Positions 1-11,940 of a DNA stretch of 46,845 nt are shown piece after piece. The stretch is from Basidiobolus meristosporus CBS 931.73. Taxonomy: Eukaryota > Fungi > Basidiobolomycota. A program made the translations under genes and the position numbers. The notes beneath the pieces were generated by a model that was given only the letters and a program-made list of their open reading frames with translations, made no database searches and was not told the origin of the DNA. The stretch is taken from positions 1 through 46,845 of the forward strand of contig MCFE01000680.1 of the NCBI GenBank assembly GCA_002104905.1, written 5' to 3'. Position 1 is the stretch's first letter. The number at the start of each line of letters is the position of its first letter.

Positions 1-118
1 ATGCCAAGATTATGTAAAGTATAAATACTACTTTTACATTCAATAAATCATCAAGTGAAAACCACATAATCTACTTGTCCTCCCAATCACTTCCAACATC
101 TCCCAGACTCATTCAACA
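1..118 (+). repeat. 5' LTR of copia-1 (partial, runs off the window start)
   Basis: About 90% identical by eye to the last 118 nt of the LTR at 9326-9674. Confidence 0.88.
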
Positions 119-3100
119 GATTATAAGCTCCAAACTGTCACTCTCTGCAATGTCTACTACCCCTACTACTGGAATTTCTCCCTCTGCTGAAAAGTTGGAT
201 GTAGCTAACTACCAAGTGTGGATGGTGAAGATGAAGATGCTGCTACAAGAGAGAGGCCTTTGTGATATTGTCATGGGAGAAAAATGCCCTCCTAAAAGTG
301 TTGGAGAGGAAGCCTTAATGTACCAGAAGAAAGAATAAAGTGCCTTTGACTGCATTTGCCTCAGTGTTAAAGACAAATTGCTAATTTAATGCTCAAGAGC
401 AAAAACAGCAAAAAATGCCTGGAAGGCATTAAAAGACACCTACCAGTTATATTCAGCTGCTAAGAAAATGTATCTGTGACAAAAACTCCTCACTATAACA
501 ATGCAGCCAGGAGAAGAAATGAAAATTCTAATTAACAGAAATACCCTGCTGGTAGATGACATGGAGTCTATGGGTGTACCAACTTTTGATGAGGATGTGA
601 TAGTAACCATCCTGAATAGCCTGAAAGAAAGGTTTCAAGGCCTTGTATTGGCTTTAGAGTCAGAACTGAAGAATTGACCTTAAATTATGTATATGGAAGG
701 CTCCTGAATGAAGAATTAAGTAAATCAAGCGCCAATAAGAAGGAAGAAGAAAATTTTCTAATAAGCAGTGACAACCAACAAAGGAGATACTCATGTCCTT
801 ACAAAGGTAGTAGTAACCTGTTTTGCAGCTACTGCAAAAGGAAAGGACACACATCAGACCAGTGTCTCAAAAAGAGAAATAATCAGCAAAAGAAGCCTGA
901 GTATGGAAGTATTGCAACAACTGAAGATAGACTATTCATATCTGCACAAAATATGATACCAAAAAGGATTCTCAGACATGGTACATTGACTCTGGAGCAT
1001 CTCAACATTTTACACATCAAAAAGAACTTTTTACCCAATATCAAGAAATTCCAATCAAGAAGGTTTTCATGGGATGACAATAGAAAACTTGATGCAGTGA
1101 AAAAGGAACTACTCAAGTAAACCTTAAAAGCAGTGAAGCAAGCCATACACTGACCTTTAAAGAAGTGTTCTATGTACCAGAAATAGCCAAGAACCTACTA
1201 TATGTAAGCAAGGCCACTGCAGAAGGACTCAGTTTCAGCTTAGACAATTCTGGATGCAAGATCACTGATCAAAATGGTGCTCATATTGCTTTGGGTATCA
1301 GAGATCAGAATCAATACCAGTTTACTTATATTCCATCATATTTGGAAGCCAATATAAGTAACTTAAATGAAGAAATACCAATGCTTTGGCACAGGAGAAT
1401 TGGGCATATCAATTTTGATTATTTATGCCAAATGATTAAAGATCAGCTAATTTCTGGAGTAAAAATTGATCCCCCAGCTAATTTGAATCACTGTGAAGTC
1501 TGCATGTATGGCAAACAAGCCAGACAACTTTTGAAGAGCTCTGGATTAATCAAAACTAAGAAAAAAGTAGATCTAATTCACTCAGATCTGTGTGGACCTA
1601 TGCAAAATTTATCCTTAGGCAGAATGAAGTATTTAATCACTTTTGTTAATGATTATATTAGATACACAAGGATCTACTTCATGGAGAGAAAGGAAGAGGT
1701 TCTGTCTAAGCTCAAGGAGTTTGAAGCCGCAGTGGAGAGAAAAATTTGTGAAAAAACCAAAAAAATATGCTCTGACAATGGTGGCAAATATACCTCAAAG
1801 CTCTTCATCCACTTCTGCAAAACTCATGGGATAAAGCAAGAGGCTACTGTACCATACTCCCCACAGCAAAATGCAGTAGCACAATGTGCAAGCAGGTCAA
1901 TAATTGATATGGCAAGATCTATGATCCATGATCAAAAATTATCCACTGATTTTTGGGTGGAATCAGTTGCCACAGCTGTATACCTAAAAATGGAAGCTAT
2001 AACAGAATATTTAGTGATTCTTCCCCATTTGAAGTATGGTATAGATACAGACCAGGTGCAGAGTAACTAAGAATATTTGGGTGTGTAGCATATGCCAAGA
2101 AACTGGTCTAAAATCAGCCAAAATATGAGCCAAAAAATGTAAAATGCATATTTTTGGGCTGCTGCACTGAGTGTAGAGCATACAGACTTGGCAATATCAA
2201 AGCAAAGAGGCTAATCAAGCCCAGGGATGTGCTGTTTGATGAAAATCCAAAATTTTCACAAAAGTGAAATCAGATGATGAAGAAAATCTGATCTCACATC
2301 CACCAATGGTCAGAATTGAATCAGAGCAAAACAACAAGGATTTTTTCACTCCAGAGGACTCTGCAACAGTGATTTGGCCTGAATCAGTGCCAAGGAATAT
2401 CCCAGAAGTGATCATTCCAGTATCAAATGCCTGGAGATTCAATTGGACAAGAAATAGCCCAAATTACTATATCAATGAGGGTACAAACTAAGCCTATGTC
2501 TATTCAGCCCATATTGATGAGCCCCAGACTGTAATAGTGGCTCTAAATAGCTCTCAGACAGAGTTTTGGAGTTCTGCAATGATTGAGGAATATCAGGCCC
2601 TGATGGAAAATCAAACTTGGGACTTGGTCAAATTACATATCAACCAAAAATCAATTGGATGCAGATGGGTCAAGACAAAATACAAGGCTGATGGTACAAT
2701 TAAAAGATATATAGCAAGACTTGTGCCCAAAGCATACTCTCAAACCAAAGGACTTGACTATACTGAGACCTTTGCACTGGTATCCAAGTTTAATTTCATC
2801 AGATTAATATTGGCTTTTGCAGCCAAATATAAGCTTTTTAATCATCAAATGGATGTAAAAGCTGCATTTTTGAATGGAGAACTTGATAAGGATGTGTATA
2901 TGGACCAGCCTGATGGGTTTGTTGACCAAGATGACCGCCATTTGGTTTGCAAGCTTGAAAAGTCACTATATGGTCTCAAACAATGACCAAGAGCCTGGAA
3001 TTGCAAGATAGATTCTTATTTGGAATATTTGAGTTTCAAAAGGAGTAATTCTGACTATAGTATATACTATAAGCCAGATAGAGCAAGTCCAGTTCTATTA

Positions 3101-3945
3101 GCTCCATATGTGGATGATCTTATTATAGCCACCAATAACCTAGCAACATTGGAAGAGACTAAATCCAGCCTATCTAAGGAGTTCAAGATATCTGATCTTG
3201 GAGAACTCAGTTACTACTTAGGGATTAAGTTCTCCATAGACAGAATTACCCAAACTATCACCCTAAGCCAATCCAAGTATATTCAAGATATACTAAAGAA
3301 GTACCAAATGGAAGACTGTAAACCAGCAGCTACCCCAATTGAGACAACCCTTAACTTGGTCAAAACTCAATCAAATCAAGAAAGCTTGGTGCCATCTGAA
3401 ATCCCTGACTTTCCTGATCAATATATGGTCAGCAGTCTGCTGTATATCATGCTTGGAACACGTCCAGATATCCCATACTCAGTGCAAGTTCTTGTCATGA
3501 TCACATGACAGCCATGAACACCCATGCCAAGTTTCAGCTTCCTAGCTCAGTTTCTAAGAGATTCTTTCTGGAACCTTCTACAACCTTCCAGAAAGTTCCT
3601 GACCATTCCAAACCACTGTTGCACAATGGAACATTCCATGGAAGCTTCCCATCATATTTTTCATAGTCCAATACCATATATGGAAATACCAGGTCACATG
3701 ACTTAGTCACATGATCAGGTGACCCAATCCATTTCCCCATCCTGTCTCAGTGCCTTGCCTTCTATATTATTATCCCCAGCACTGCTGCTGTGCCTCACCC
3801 CACAACCCCATTAGTATTAGCTAACATCTCTTGGCATCAGTATAGCCAAAAAGTATATATAGTCCTATCCCCCCTTAAGTATTCCTCAGTCTGATAAACA
3901 CAGGTCTTAAATAAACATCCTTGCCTTGGAAATCTGCCTTGCCTT

Positions 3946-4296
3946 TGTTGTAAGAGTCTTGGAGATATTGGAAGTGATTTGGAGAACAAGTAGATTATGT
4001 GGTTTTTCACTTAATGATTTATTGAATGTAAAAGTAGTATTTATACTTTTACATGGTCTTGGCATAACAAACACGTAGAATAGGTTAAGGAAGGTCCCAA
4101 GAACATGTGTGCAAAGCTTGGGGCTGTTTGGACAACTTTGAGAATTTTCATGTTCTGGGTACCTGGTATTTTGGTGAAAATATTCTAAGTAAATCCCGAC
4201 AAGGAATTTGGTCAGTATTCTCTAGGATTTGAAGGTGATGATCTAAGTGACTAAGTTAGGTGAATATTTAGGTGGAAAATACGAATTTTTACAACA
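3946..4296 (-). repeat. 3' LTR of copia-2
   Basis: 351 bp, TG...CA, about 98% identical to 8284-8634, adjacent to the PPT. Confidence 0.95.
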
Positions 4297-4526
4297 CTCC
4301 CACTCAGCTAAATGTTCATACTGACTAGTCCTAATTTTGACCTAAAATATTCAAACTTGTCTCTAGCTAATGGTTTGGTAAATATGTCTGCAATCATTTC
4401 ATCTGTAGGACAGTAAACTAAGCTAACTAAGTTATTTTCTATAGCTTCACGTATGAAATGATGTCTAATATCTATGTGCTTGGTTCTAGCATGAAAAGTT
4501 GGATTTCTACCTAATTGTATACATCC

Positions 4527-5057
4527 TTAATTATCTTGAAATAAAGTAATAGGCATTTTTTGACATAGGCCTAAATCTGCAAAGAGCTTTCTTAACCACA
4601 TTGCTTCTTTTGTAGCTTCACAGGCTGCCATATACTCTGCCTCTGTAGTAGAAAGTGCTACGGTTGGTTGCTTTCTTGAATTCCATGAAATTGCTCCTTT
4701 ACAGTAAAGAAAGGTGTATCCTGTGGTGGATCTTCTGTCTTCTAAATTTCGTCCCCAATCAGCATCAGAGTATCCCACAAGATCCTGTTCTGAATCCTTA
4801 TAAGTGTATCTTAAGCAGATATCAGCAGTTCCTTTTAGGTATCTAAAAATCCGCTTAACTGCTGCAATATGATCAGATCCATAATTCTGATTATGTTGGC
4901 TGACAACTCCCACTGAATATGAGATATCTGGACGTGTTCCAAGCATGATATACATCAGACTGCCGACCATAGATTGATAAGGAAAGTCAGGGCTTTCAGA
5001 TGGCACCAAGCTCTCTTGATTTGGTTGAGTTTTGACCAAGTTAAGGTTTGTCTCCAT
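4527..5057 (-). pseudogene. copia-2 RT C-terminus and RNase H segment
   Basis: GYSDADWG, RRSTTGY and STTEAEYMA motifs. Separated from the upstream pol by a 1-nt deletion near 5070 and ended by a CAA>TAA stop at 4527-4529. Confidence 0.9.
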
Positions 5058-7414
5058 TGGGGTAGCTGCGGTTTACAGTCTTCCATTTTGTACTTCTTTA
5101 GTATATCTTGAATATACTTGGATTGGCTTAGGGTAATAGTCTGGGTACTTCTGTCTATGGAGAACTTAATCCCTAAGTAGTAACTGAGTTCTCCTAGATC
5201 GGACATCTTGAACTCCTTAGATAGGCTGGATTTAGTCTCTTCCAATGTTTCTAGGTTATTGGCGGCTATAATAAGATCATCCACATATAGAGCTAATAGG
5301 ACTGGATTTGCTCTATCTGGCTTATAGTATATACTATAGTCAGCATTACTCCTTTTGAAACTCAAAGATTCCAAATAAGAATCTATCTTGCAATTCCAGG
5401 CTCTCGGTGATTGTTTGAGACCATATAGTGACTTTTTAAGCTTGCAGACCAAATGGGGGTTATCTTGGTCAACAAACCCATCAGGCTGGTCCATATACAC
5501 GTCCTCATCAAGTTCTCCATTCAAAAATGCAGTTTTTACATCCATTTGATGAATAAAAAACTTATATTTGGCTGCAATAGCCAATATTAATCTGATGGAA
5601 TTAAACTTGGCTACCGGTGCAAAGGTCTCAGTATAGTCAAGTCCTTTTGTTTGAGAGTATCCTTTGGCTACAAGTCTTGCTTTGTATCTTTCAATTGTAC
5701 CATCAGCCTTGTATTTTGTCTTGAAGACCCATCTGCATCCAATTGATTTTTGGTTGATTGGTAATTTGACTAAGTCCCAAGTTTGATTTTCCATCAGTGC
5801 CTGATATTCCTCAGTCATTGCAGATCTCCAAAACTTCGTCTGAGGGCTATTTAGGGCCTCTTTTACAGTCTGGGGTTCATCAACATGGACTGAATAGGCA
5901 TAGGCTAAGTTTGTACCCTCATTGATATAGTAATTTGGGCTATTTCTTGTCCGATTGGATCTCCGGGCATTTGATACTGGAATGATCACTTCTGGGATAT
6001 TCCTGGGCACTGATTCTGGCTGAACCACGGTTGTAGAGTCCTCTGGAGTGAAAAAATTTTCATTGTTTTGCTCTGATTCAATCCTGACAATTGGTGGACT
6101 TGAGATCAAATTTTTGTCATCATCTAATGTCATTTTTTGTGAAAATTTTGAATTTTCATCAAACAACACATCCCTGGACTTGATCAGCTTCTTTGCTTCG
6201 GTATTGTAGAGTCTGTATGCCTTACTCTCATTGCAGTAGCCCAAAAATATGCATTTTACACTTCTTGGCTCAAATTTTGACTGATTTCCGGCCAGTTTTT
6301 TGGCATATGCTGTACACCCAAATATTCTTAGATGTTCTGCACTTGGTCTGTATCCATACCATGCTTCAAATGGAGTAGAATCACAAAGTATTCTGTTATA
6401 ACTCCTATTTTTAAGATATACAGCAGTGGCAACTGATTCCGCCCAAAAATCATAGGATAATTTTTGATCATGGATCATAGATCTTGCCATATCAATTATT
6501 GATCTGTTAGCTCGTTCTGCTACTCCATTTTGCTGTGGGGAGTATGGTACAGTAGTCTCTTGCTTTATCCCATGAATTTTGCAGAAGTGGATGAAGAGTT
6601 TTGAGGTATATTCTCCACCATTGTCAGAGCGTATTTTCTTGATTTTTTCACCAGTTTCTCTCTCCACCATGGCTTTAAACTCCCTGAGCTTAGACAGAGC
6701 TTCTTCCTTTCTCTCCATGAAGTAGACCCATGTGTATCTTGTATAATCATCAATAAAAGTGATTAAATACTTCATCCCGCCTAAGGATAAATTTTGCATA
6801 GGTCCACACAGATCTGAGTGAATTAGATCTAATTTTTTCTTAGTTTTGATTAACCCAGAGCTCTTGAACGGTTGTCTGGCTTGTTTCCCATATATGCAGG
6901 CTTCACAGTGCTCCAAAATAGCTGGGGGATCAATTTTCACTCCAGAAATTAGCTGATCTTTGATCATTTTACGCAAATAATCAAAATTGATGTGTCCAAA
7001 TCTCCTGTGCCAAAGCATTGGTGTTTCTTCATTTAAGTTACTTATATTGGCTTCCAGATATGATGGAATATAAGTCAACTTGTATAGATTCTGATCTCTG
7101 ATGCCCAAAGCAATATGAGCACCATTTTGATCAGTGATCCTGCATCCAGAATTGTTAAAACTGAAACTGAGTCCTTCTGCTGTGGCCTTGCTTACAGAGA
7201 GTAGGTTCTTGGCTATTTCTGGTACATAGAGTACTTCTTTAAAGGTCAGTGTATGGCTTCCTTCACTGCTTCTAAGGTTTACTTGGATAGTTGCCTTCTC
7301 CCACTGCATCAAGTGTTCTATCGTCACCCATGAAAACCTTCTTAATTGGAATTTCTTGATATTGGGTAAAAAGTTCTTTTTGGTGTGTAAAGTGTTGAGA
7401 AGCTCCAGAGTCAA
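4955..7414 (-). pseudogene. copia-2 pol (GAG-pre-integrase, integrase, reverse transcriptase)
   Basis: LWHRRFGH...CEAC, HSDLCGP, IRSDNGGEY, PQQNGVAERANR, KYKADGTIERYKARLVAKG, HQMDVKTAFLNG and LYVDDL motifs. Confidence 0.93.
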
Positions 7415-8279
7415 TATACCACGTCTGAGAATCCTTGTTTGTGGTCATATTTAGTGCAGATATGAATAGTCTATCTTCAGTTGTTGCAGCATTTCCATAT
7501 TCAGGCTTCTTTTGCTGATAATCTCTCTTTTTGAGACACCGGTCTGATGTGTGTCCTTTCCTTTTGCAGTAGTTGCAAAATAGGTTGCTGTTGCCTTTGT
7601 AGGGTCTTGGGTACCTCCTTTGTTGGTTATCATTGCTTATTAAAGCATTTTCTTCTTCCTTCTTATTGGCACTTGATTTTCTTAATTCTTCATCCAGGAG
7701 CCTTCCATATACGTAATTTAAGGTCAAATCTTCAGTTCTGGACTCTAGGGCTGATACAAGGCCCTGAAACTTGTCTGTCAGGCTATTCAGGATGGTAACT
7801 ATCACATCCTCATCAGTAGTTGGTACGCCCACAGATTCCATCTCATCTACCAGCAGGGTAATTCTGTTAATTAGATTTTTCATTTCTTCTCCTGGCAGCA
7901 TCTTTGTAGTAAAGAATTTTCTTCTCAGATACATTTTCTTGGCAGCTGAACATGACTGGTAGGTGTCTTCTAATGCCTTCCAGGCATTCTTTGCCGTTTT
8001 TGCTCTTGAGCATTGAATTAGCAATTTGTCCTTGACATTAAGGCAAATGCAGTTAAAGGCACTTTGTTCTTTCTTCTGGTACTTTAAGGCTTCCTCTCCC
8101 ACGTTTTTAGGAGGGCATTCTTCTCCCATGACAATATTCCAAAGGCCTCTTTCTTGCAGCAGCATCTTCATCTTCACCTTCCACACTTGGTAGTTAGATC
8201 CATCCAACTTTTCAGCAGAGGGAAAAATTCCAGTAATAGCAGTAGTAGACATTGCAGAGAGTGACAGCTCGGGGCTCAT
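7272..8279 (-). pseudogene. copia-2 gag plus aspartic protease
   Basis: KLDGSNYQVWKVKM, a UBN2-like region, CNYCKRKGHTSDRC zinc knuckle and WYIDSGASQH protease motif. A +1 frameshift after VGEG breaks continuity with pol. Confidence 0.92.
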
Positions 8280-8283
8280 AACC
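8272..8283 (-). promoter_or_regulatory. Primer-binding site of copia-2 (GGTTATGAGCCC)
   Basis: Directly abuts the 5' LTR. Resembles the Drosophila copia-type PBS (GGTTATGGGCCCAG), which uses an internal fragment of tRNA-iMet. Confidence 0.8.
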
Positions 8284-8634
8284 TGTTGTAAGAGTCTTGG
8301 AGATATTGGAAGTGATTTGGAGAACAAGTAGATTATGTGGTTTTTCACTTAATGATTTATTGAAAGTAAAAGTAGTATTTATACTTTTACATGGTCTTGG
8401 CATAACAAACACGTAGAATAGGTTAAGGAAGGTCCCAAGAACATGTGTGCAAAGTTTGGGGCTGTTTGGACAACTTTGAGAATTTTCATGTTCTGGGTAC
8501 CTGGTATTTTGGTGAAAATATTCCAAGTAAATCCCGACAAGGAATTTGGTCAGTATTCTCTAGGATATGAAGGTAATGATCTAAGTGACTAAGTTAGGTG
8601 AATATTTAGGTGGAAAATACAAATTCTTACAACA
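8284..8634 (-). repeat. 5' LTR of copia-2
   Basis: 351 bp with a 10-bp terminal inverted repeat tgttgtaaga/tcttacaaca. Confidence 0.95.
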
Positions 8635-9325
8635 GCCTTGTTGATCCACACCTAAGTCCTTTCCTGGTCCTGCCTTGCCTAGCCCTACTCTCCTGCTTTG
8701 TGTCTATTCATAACAGTTGTCAGCCAACATAATCAGAAATATGGATCTGATCATTTTGCAGCAGTTAATCGGATTTTTAGATACCTAAAAGGAACTGCTG
8801 ATATCTGCTTAAAATACACTTATAAGGATTCAGAACAGGATCTTGTGGGATACTCTGATGCTGATTGGGGGCAAAATTTGGAAGATAGAAGATCCATCAC
8901 AGGATACACCTTTCTTTACTGTAAAGGAGCAATTTCATGGAATTCAAGAAAGCAACCAACTGTAGCACTTTCTACCACAGAGGGAGAGTATAAGGCAGCC
9001 TGTGAAGCTACAAAAGAAGCAATGTGGTTGAGAAAGCTTTTTACAGACTTAGGCCTATGTCAACAATGCCTATTACTTTATTTCAAGATAATCAAGGATG
9101 TACACAATTAGGTAGGAATCCAACTTTTCATACTAGAACCAAGCACATAGATATTAGACATCATTTCATACATCAAGCTATAGAGAATAACTTAGTTAGC
9201 TTAGTTTACTGTCCTTCTGATGAAATGGTTGCAGACAAATTTACCAATCCATTAGCTAGAGGCAAGTTTGAATATCTTAGGTCAAAACTAGGACTAGTCA
9301 GTATGAGCATTTAGCTGAGTGGGAG

Positions 9326-9674
9326 TGTTGTGAAAATTCTTAATTCCACCTAGATATTCACCCAGCTTAGTCACCTAGATCATTACCTTCAAATCCTAGA
9401 GAATACTGACCAAATTTCTTGCTGGGATTTACTTAAAATTTTTTCACCAAAATACCAGGTACCCAGAATATGAAATTCTCAAAGTTGTCCAAACAACCCC
9501 AAACCTTGCACACATGCTCTTGAAGACTTTTTTAGCCAATCCTACATGTCAGTTAAGCCAAGATCATGTAAAAGCATAAATACTACGTTTACATTCAATG
9601 AATCATTAAGTTAAAAACCACATAATCTGCTTGTCCTCCCAATCACTTCCAATATCTCCAAGACTCTTACAACA
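9326..9674 (+). repeat. 3' LTR of copia-1
   Basis: Follows PPT gagtgggag, TG...CA termini, reverse-complement homologue of the copia-2 LTR. Confidence 0.92.
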
Positions 9675-9680
9675 GTAGTC

Positions 9681-10148
9681 AAGGATCTAAGTAACCAAGT
9701 TAGGAGAATATTTAGGTGGAATTACAAATCTTACAACCAAAAGGTCACAAGAGCATGTGTGCACAGCTTGGTGCAGGTTGGACAACTTGACATATTTTCA
9801 TGTTCTGGGTACCAGATGTTTTGGTGAGATGTTCCAAGTAAATTGCAACTAGGAATTTGGTCAGTAATTCTTAAGACCTGTAGGTAAGGATCTAAGTGAC
9901 TAAGTTGGGTGAATATTCAGGTAAAATTACAAATTTTACAACAGAAAGGTCCCAAGATCATATGAGCACAGCTTGATGCTGGTTGGACCACTTGACAAAT
10001 TTTCATGTTCTGGATACCAGATGCTTTGGCAAGATATTCCAAGTAAATCCCAACAAGGAATTTGGTCAGTGTTCTCTAAGATTGGCAAGTGATGATCCAA
10101 GTGACCAAGTTATGTAAGTATTCAGGTGGAAATACAAATTTTTATAAT
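9681..10148 (-). repeat. Tandem array of ~205-bp partial copia LTR units
   Basis: One ~58-bp fragment and two ~205-bp units (9739-9943, 9944-10148). Each long unit runs from aaggtc(a/c)caag to the LTR terminus (ttacaaca-like). Confidence 0.75.
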
Positions 10149-11404
10149 ACATACAAGGCTGATGGTACAAACAAGAGATATAAAGTAAGGCATGTAGCCA
10201 AATGATACTTGCAAACAAATAGACTTGACCAAATGGAGATCTTTCCACTGGTAGCCAAGTATAAATCCATCAAATAAATATTAGCTATTGCAGCCTTATA
10301 AGTCTTGTATCCATCAAACAAATGTAAAAACCGCAATGCTTATGTGGGGAGCTTGATGAAGGTGTGCTTATGAGCCAGCCTGATGGGTTTGCTGACCAAG
10401 ATAGCCTCTGCTTGGTCTACAGGTTCAAAAAACTGTTTATGGTCTCACACAATCACCAGGAGCCTTGATTTGCAAGATTGTATCTTACTTGAATTCCCTG
10501 GGTTTCCAAACAAGTTTTGATGACCCCAGTATCTACTATAAGCCAGTTCTATTATCACCTTGTGTGGATGATCTTGTTATAACCACCAATGATAAAAAAA
10601 CATTGGAAGAAGCCAAGTCCAGCCTATCAAAATGGTTCAAAATGTGCAATCCAGGAAAGATCAATTATTAGTCAGCAATATAGTTCTCCATAGACAGAAG
10701 TATACAAACCACTACCTTAAGCCACTCCAAGTATATGCAGGATCCAGGTCAAGAAGTACCAAATGGAAGACTGCACACTAGCAGCTACCTTAATGGAGAC
10801 AAATCTTAATTTGGTCAAAACTCAGCCAAATCAAGAGAGCTTGGTGCCATCTGAGAGTCCAGACTCCTCTTACCAATCTATGGTCAGCAGCTTGATGTGT
10901 ATCATGTAAGGAACATGTCCAGATATCTCATATTCAGTGGGAGTTCTCAGCCAGCATAATGAGAACTAGGAATCTGATCATATTGCAGCAGTCAAGTGAA
11001 TTTTTAGATACAACAAATGGCTGATGTCTGCTTGAAGTACACCCAAAAGGTTTCAGAACAGCATCTTTTAGGATACTCTGATGCTGATTAGGGACAAAAT
11101 CTGGAAGAGAGAAGATCCACCACAGGATACACCTTTCTTTACTGTAAAGGAGTGATTTCATGGAATTCAAGAAAGCAACCAACCGTAGCACTTTCCACCA
11201 CAGAGGTGGAGTATATGGCAGCCTGTGGGGCTGGAAAAGAAGCAATGTGGCTAAGAAAGCTTGTTAAAGACTTGGGCCTCTAACAAAAAGCCCCCACCAC
11301 ATTGTTTCAAGATAATCAAGGATGTGCACAACGAGGTAGAAATCCGGCTTTTCATGCTAGACCTAAGCACATAGATATTGGACATCATTTCATACCTGAA
11401 GCTA
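10149..11404 (+). pseudogene. Highly degenerate copia RT/RNase H fragment (copia-4)
   Basis: Remnants of YKADG, CVDDL, GYSDAD, STTEVEYMA and RPKHIDI. Ends abruptly with no PPT or LTR. Confidence 0.85.
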
Positions 11405-11535
11405 GGGGTGGAGTGGCTTGGCAGAGAGATGAAAGAAACACCGGAACTGTGTGCATAACACGTAGAATACCCAAACCACACCATGATCCAGTCAAGCACG
11501 TTGTATGTATTGCTAATGTGTTTATTGGAATCTCC

Positions 11536-11940
11536 CTACCGATACCTGTCCAAAGGCCATCCACTAGCTCGCACAGGTCGCTCTCCTTCCTTTACCTGGC
11601 CAATCCCTCCGTGGTGAGAACCTGGGGTCGACTCGACGCGGGGGAGTTCCCGTCCCATGCGGCCACACCAGGTTCCCGTCTCTCTTGAGCTCCTGTAGCA
11701 CCCTCGGATCGTCGCCGCATCCTTGTCCGCGGCGTAACAACCAGCATCGGCCGGACACCCCGCGGCAGTGCTGGCCAGGAAGATGGTTTCGCCATGGAAG
11801 CAAATGGCGTTGCTCCCGCCGGCTCGGAAGATCAGCCCTGGGTAGTTGGCGGGGGTGAAGGCCTGCGTGCCTTGGGCATCGGTGACGGCGGCGATGCTTC
11901 CGCCAAGTGAGGCGACAAAGAGATTGGAATGGATGCGCAT
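11536..11940 (-). CDS. Putative small secreted cysteine-containing protein of unknown function
   Basis: 134-aa ATG ORF with a signal-peptide-like N-terminus (MRIHSNLFVASLGGSIAA), 5 Cys and strongly GC3-biased codons. No family recognised. Confidence 0.35.
   Translation of the reverse strand: MRIHSNLFVASLGGSIAAVTDAQGTQAFTPANYPGLIFRAGGSNAICFHGETIFLASTAAGCPADAGCYAADKDAATIRGCYRSSRETGTWCGRMGRELPRVESTPGSHHGGIGQVKEGERPVRASGWPLDRYR

Larger units (their letters stand above)
3946..8634 (-). mobile_element. Near-intact Ty1/copia retrotransposon (copia-2), 4689 bp
   Basis: Two 351-bp LTRs (3946-4296 and 8284-8634) with 7 mismatches and tgttgt...acaaca termini. Perfect 5-bp TSD GCCTT at 3941-3945 and 8635-8639. 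PBS GGTTATGAGCCC, PPT GAGTGGGAG, gag-PR-IN-RT-RH domain order. Confidence 0.97.
3493..8715. mobile_element. Solo LTR of a different family (~530 bp net), split by the copia-2 insertion
   Basis: Termini tgtcatga (3493) and tcataaca (8715). Near-perfect 5-bp TSD gttct/gttgt inside the copia-1 RT/RH coding sequence. TATA-like aagtatatatag and aataaa motifs are present. Confidence 0.8.
1..9674 (+). mobile_element. Degenerate Ty1/copia LTR retrotransposon (copia-1), outer element of a nest
   Basis: Partial 5' LTR 1-118 ends ...caaca. A decayed PBS follows (gattataagctc). Broken gag/PR/IN/RT ORFs show KLDVANYQVW, a CSYCKRKGHTSDQC zinc knuckle, HSDLCGP and HQMDVKAAFLNG. RNase H remnant at 8716-9314, PPT gagtgggag, 3' LTR 9326-9674 (TG...CA). 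Many stops and frameshifts. Confidence 0.93.
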
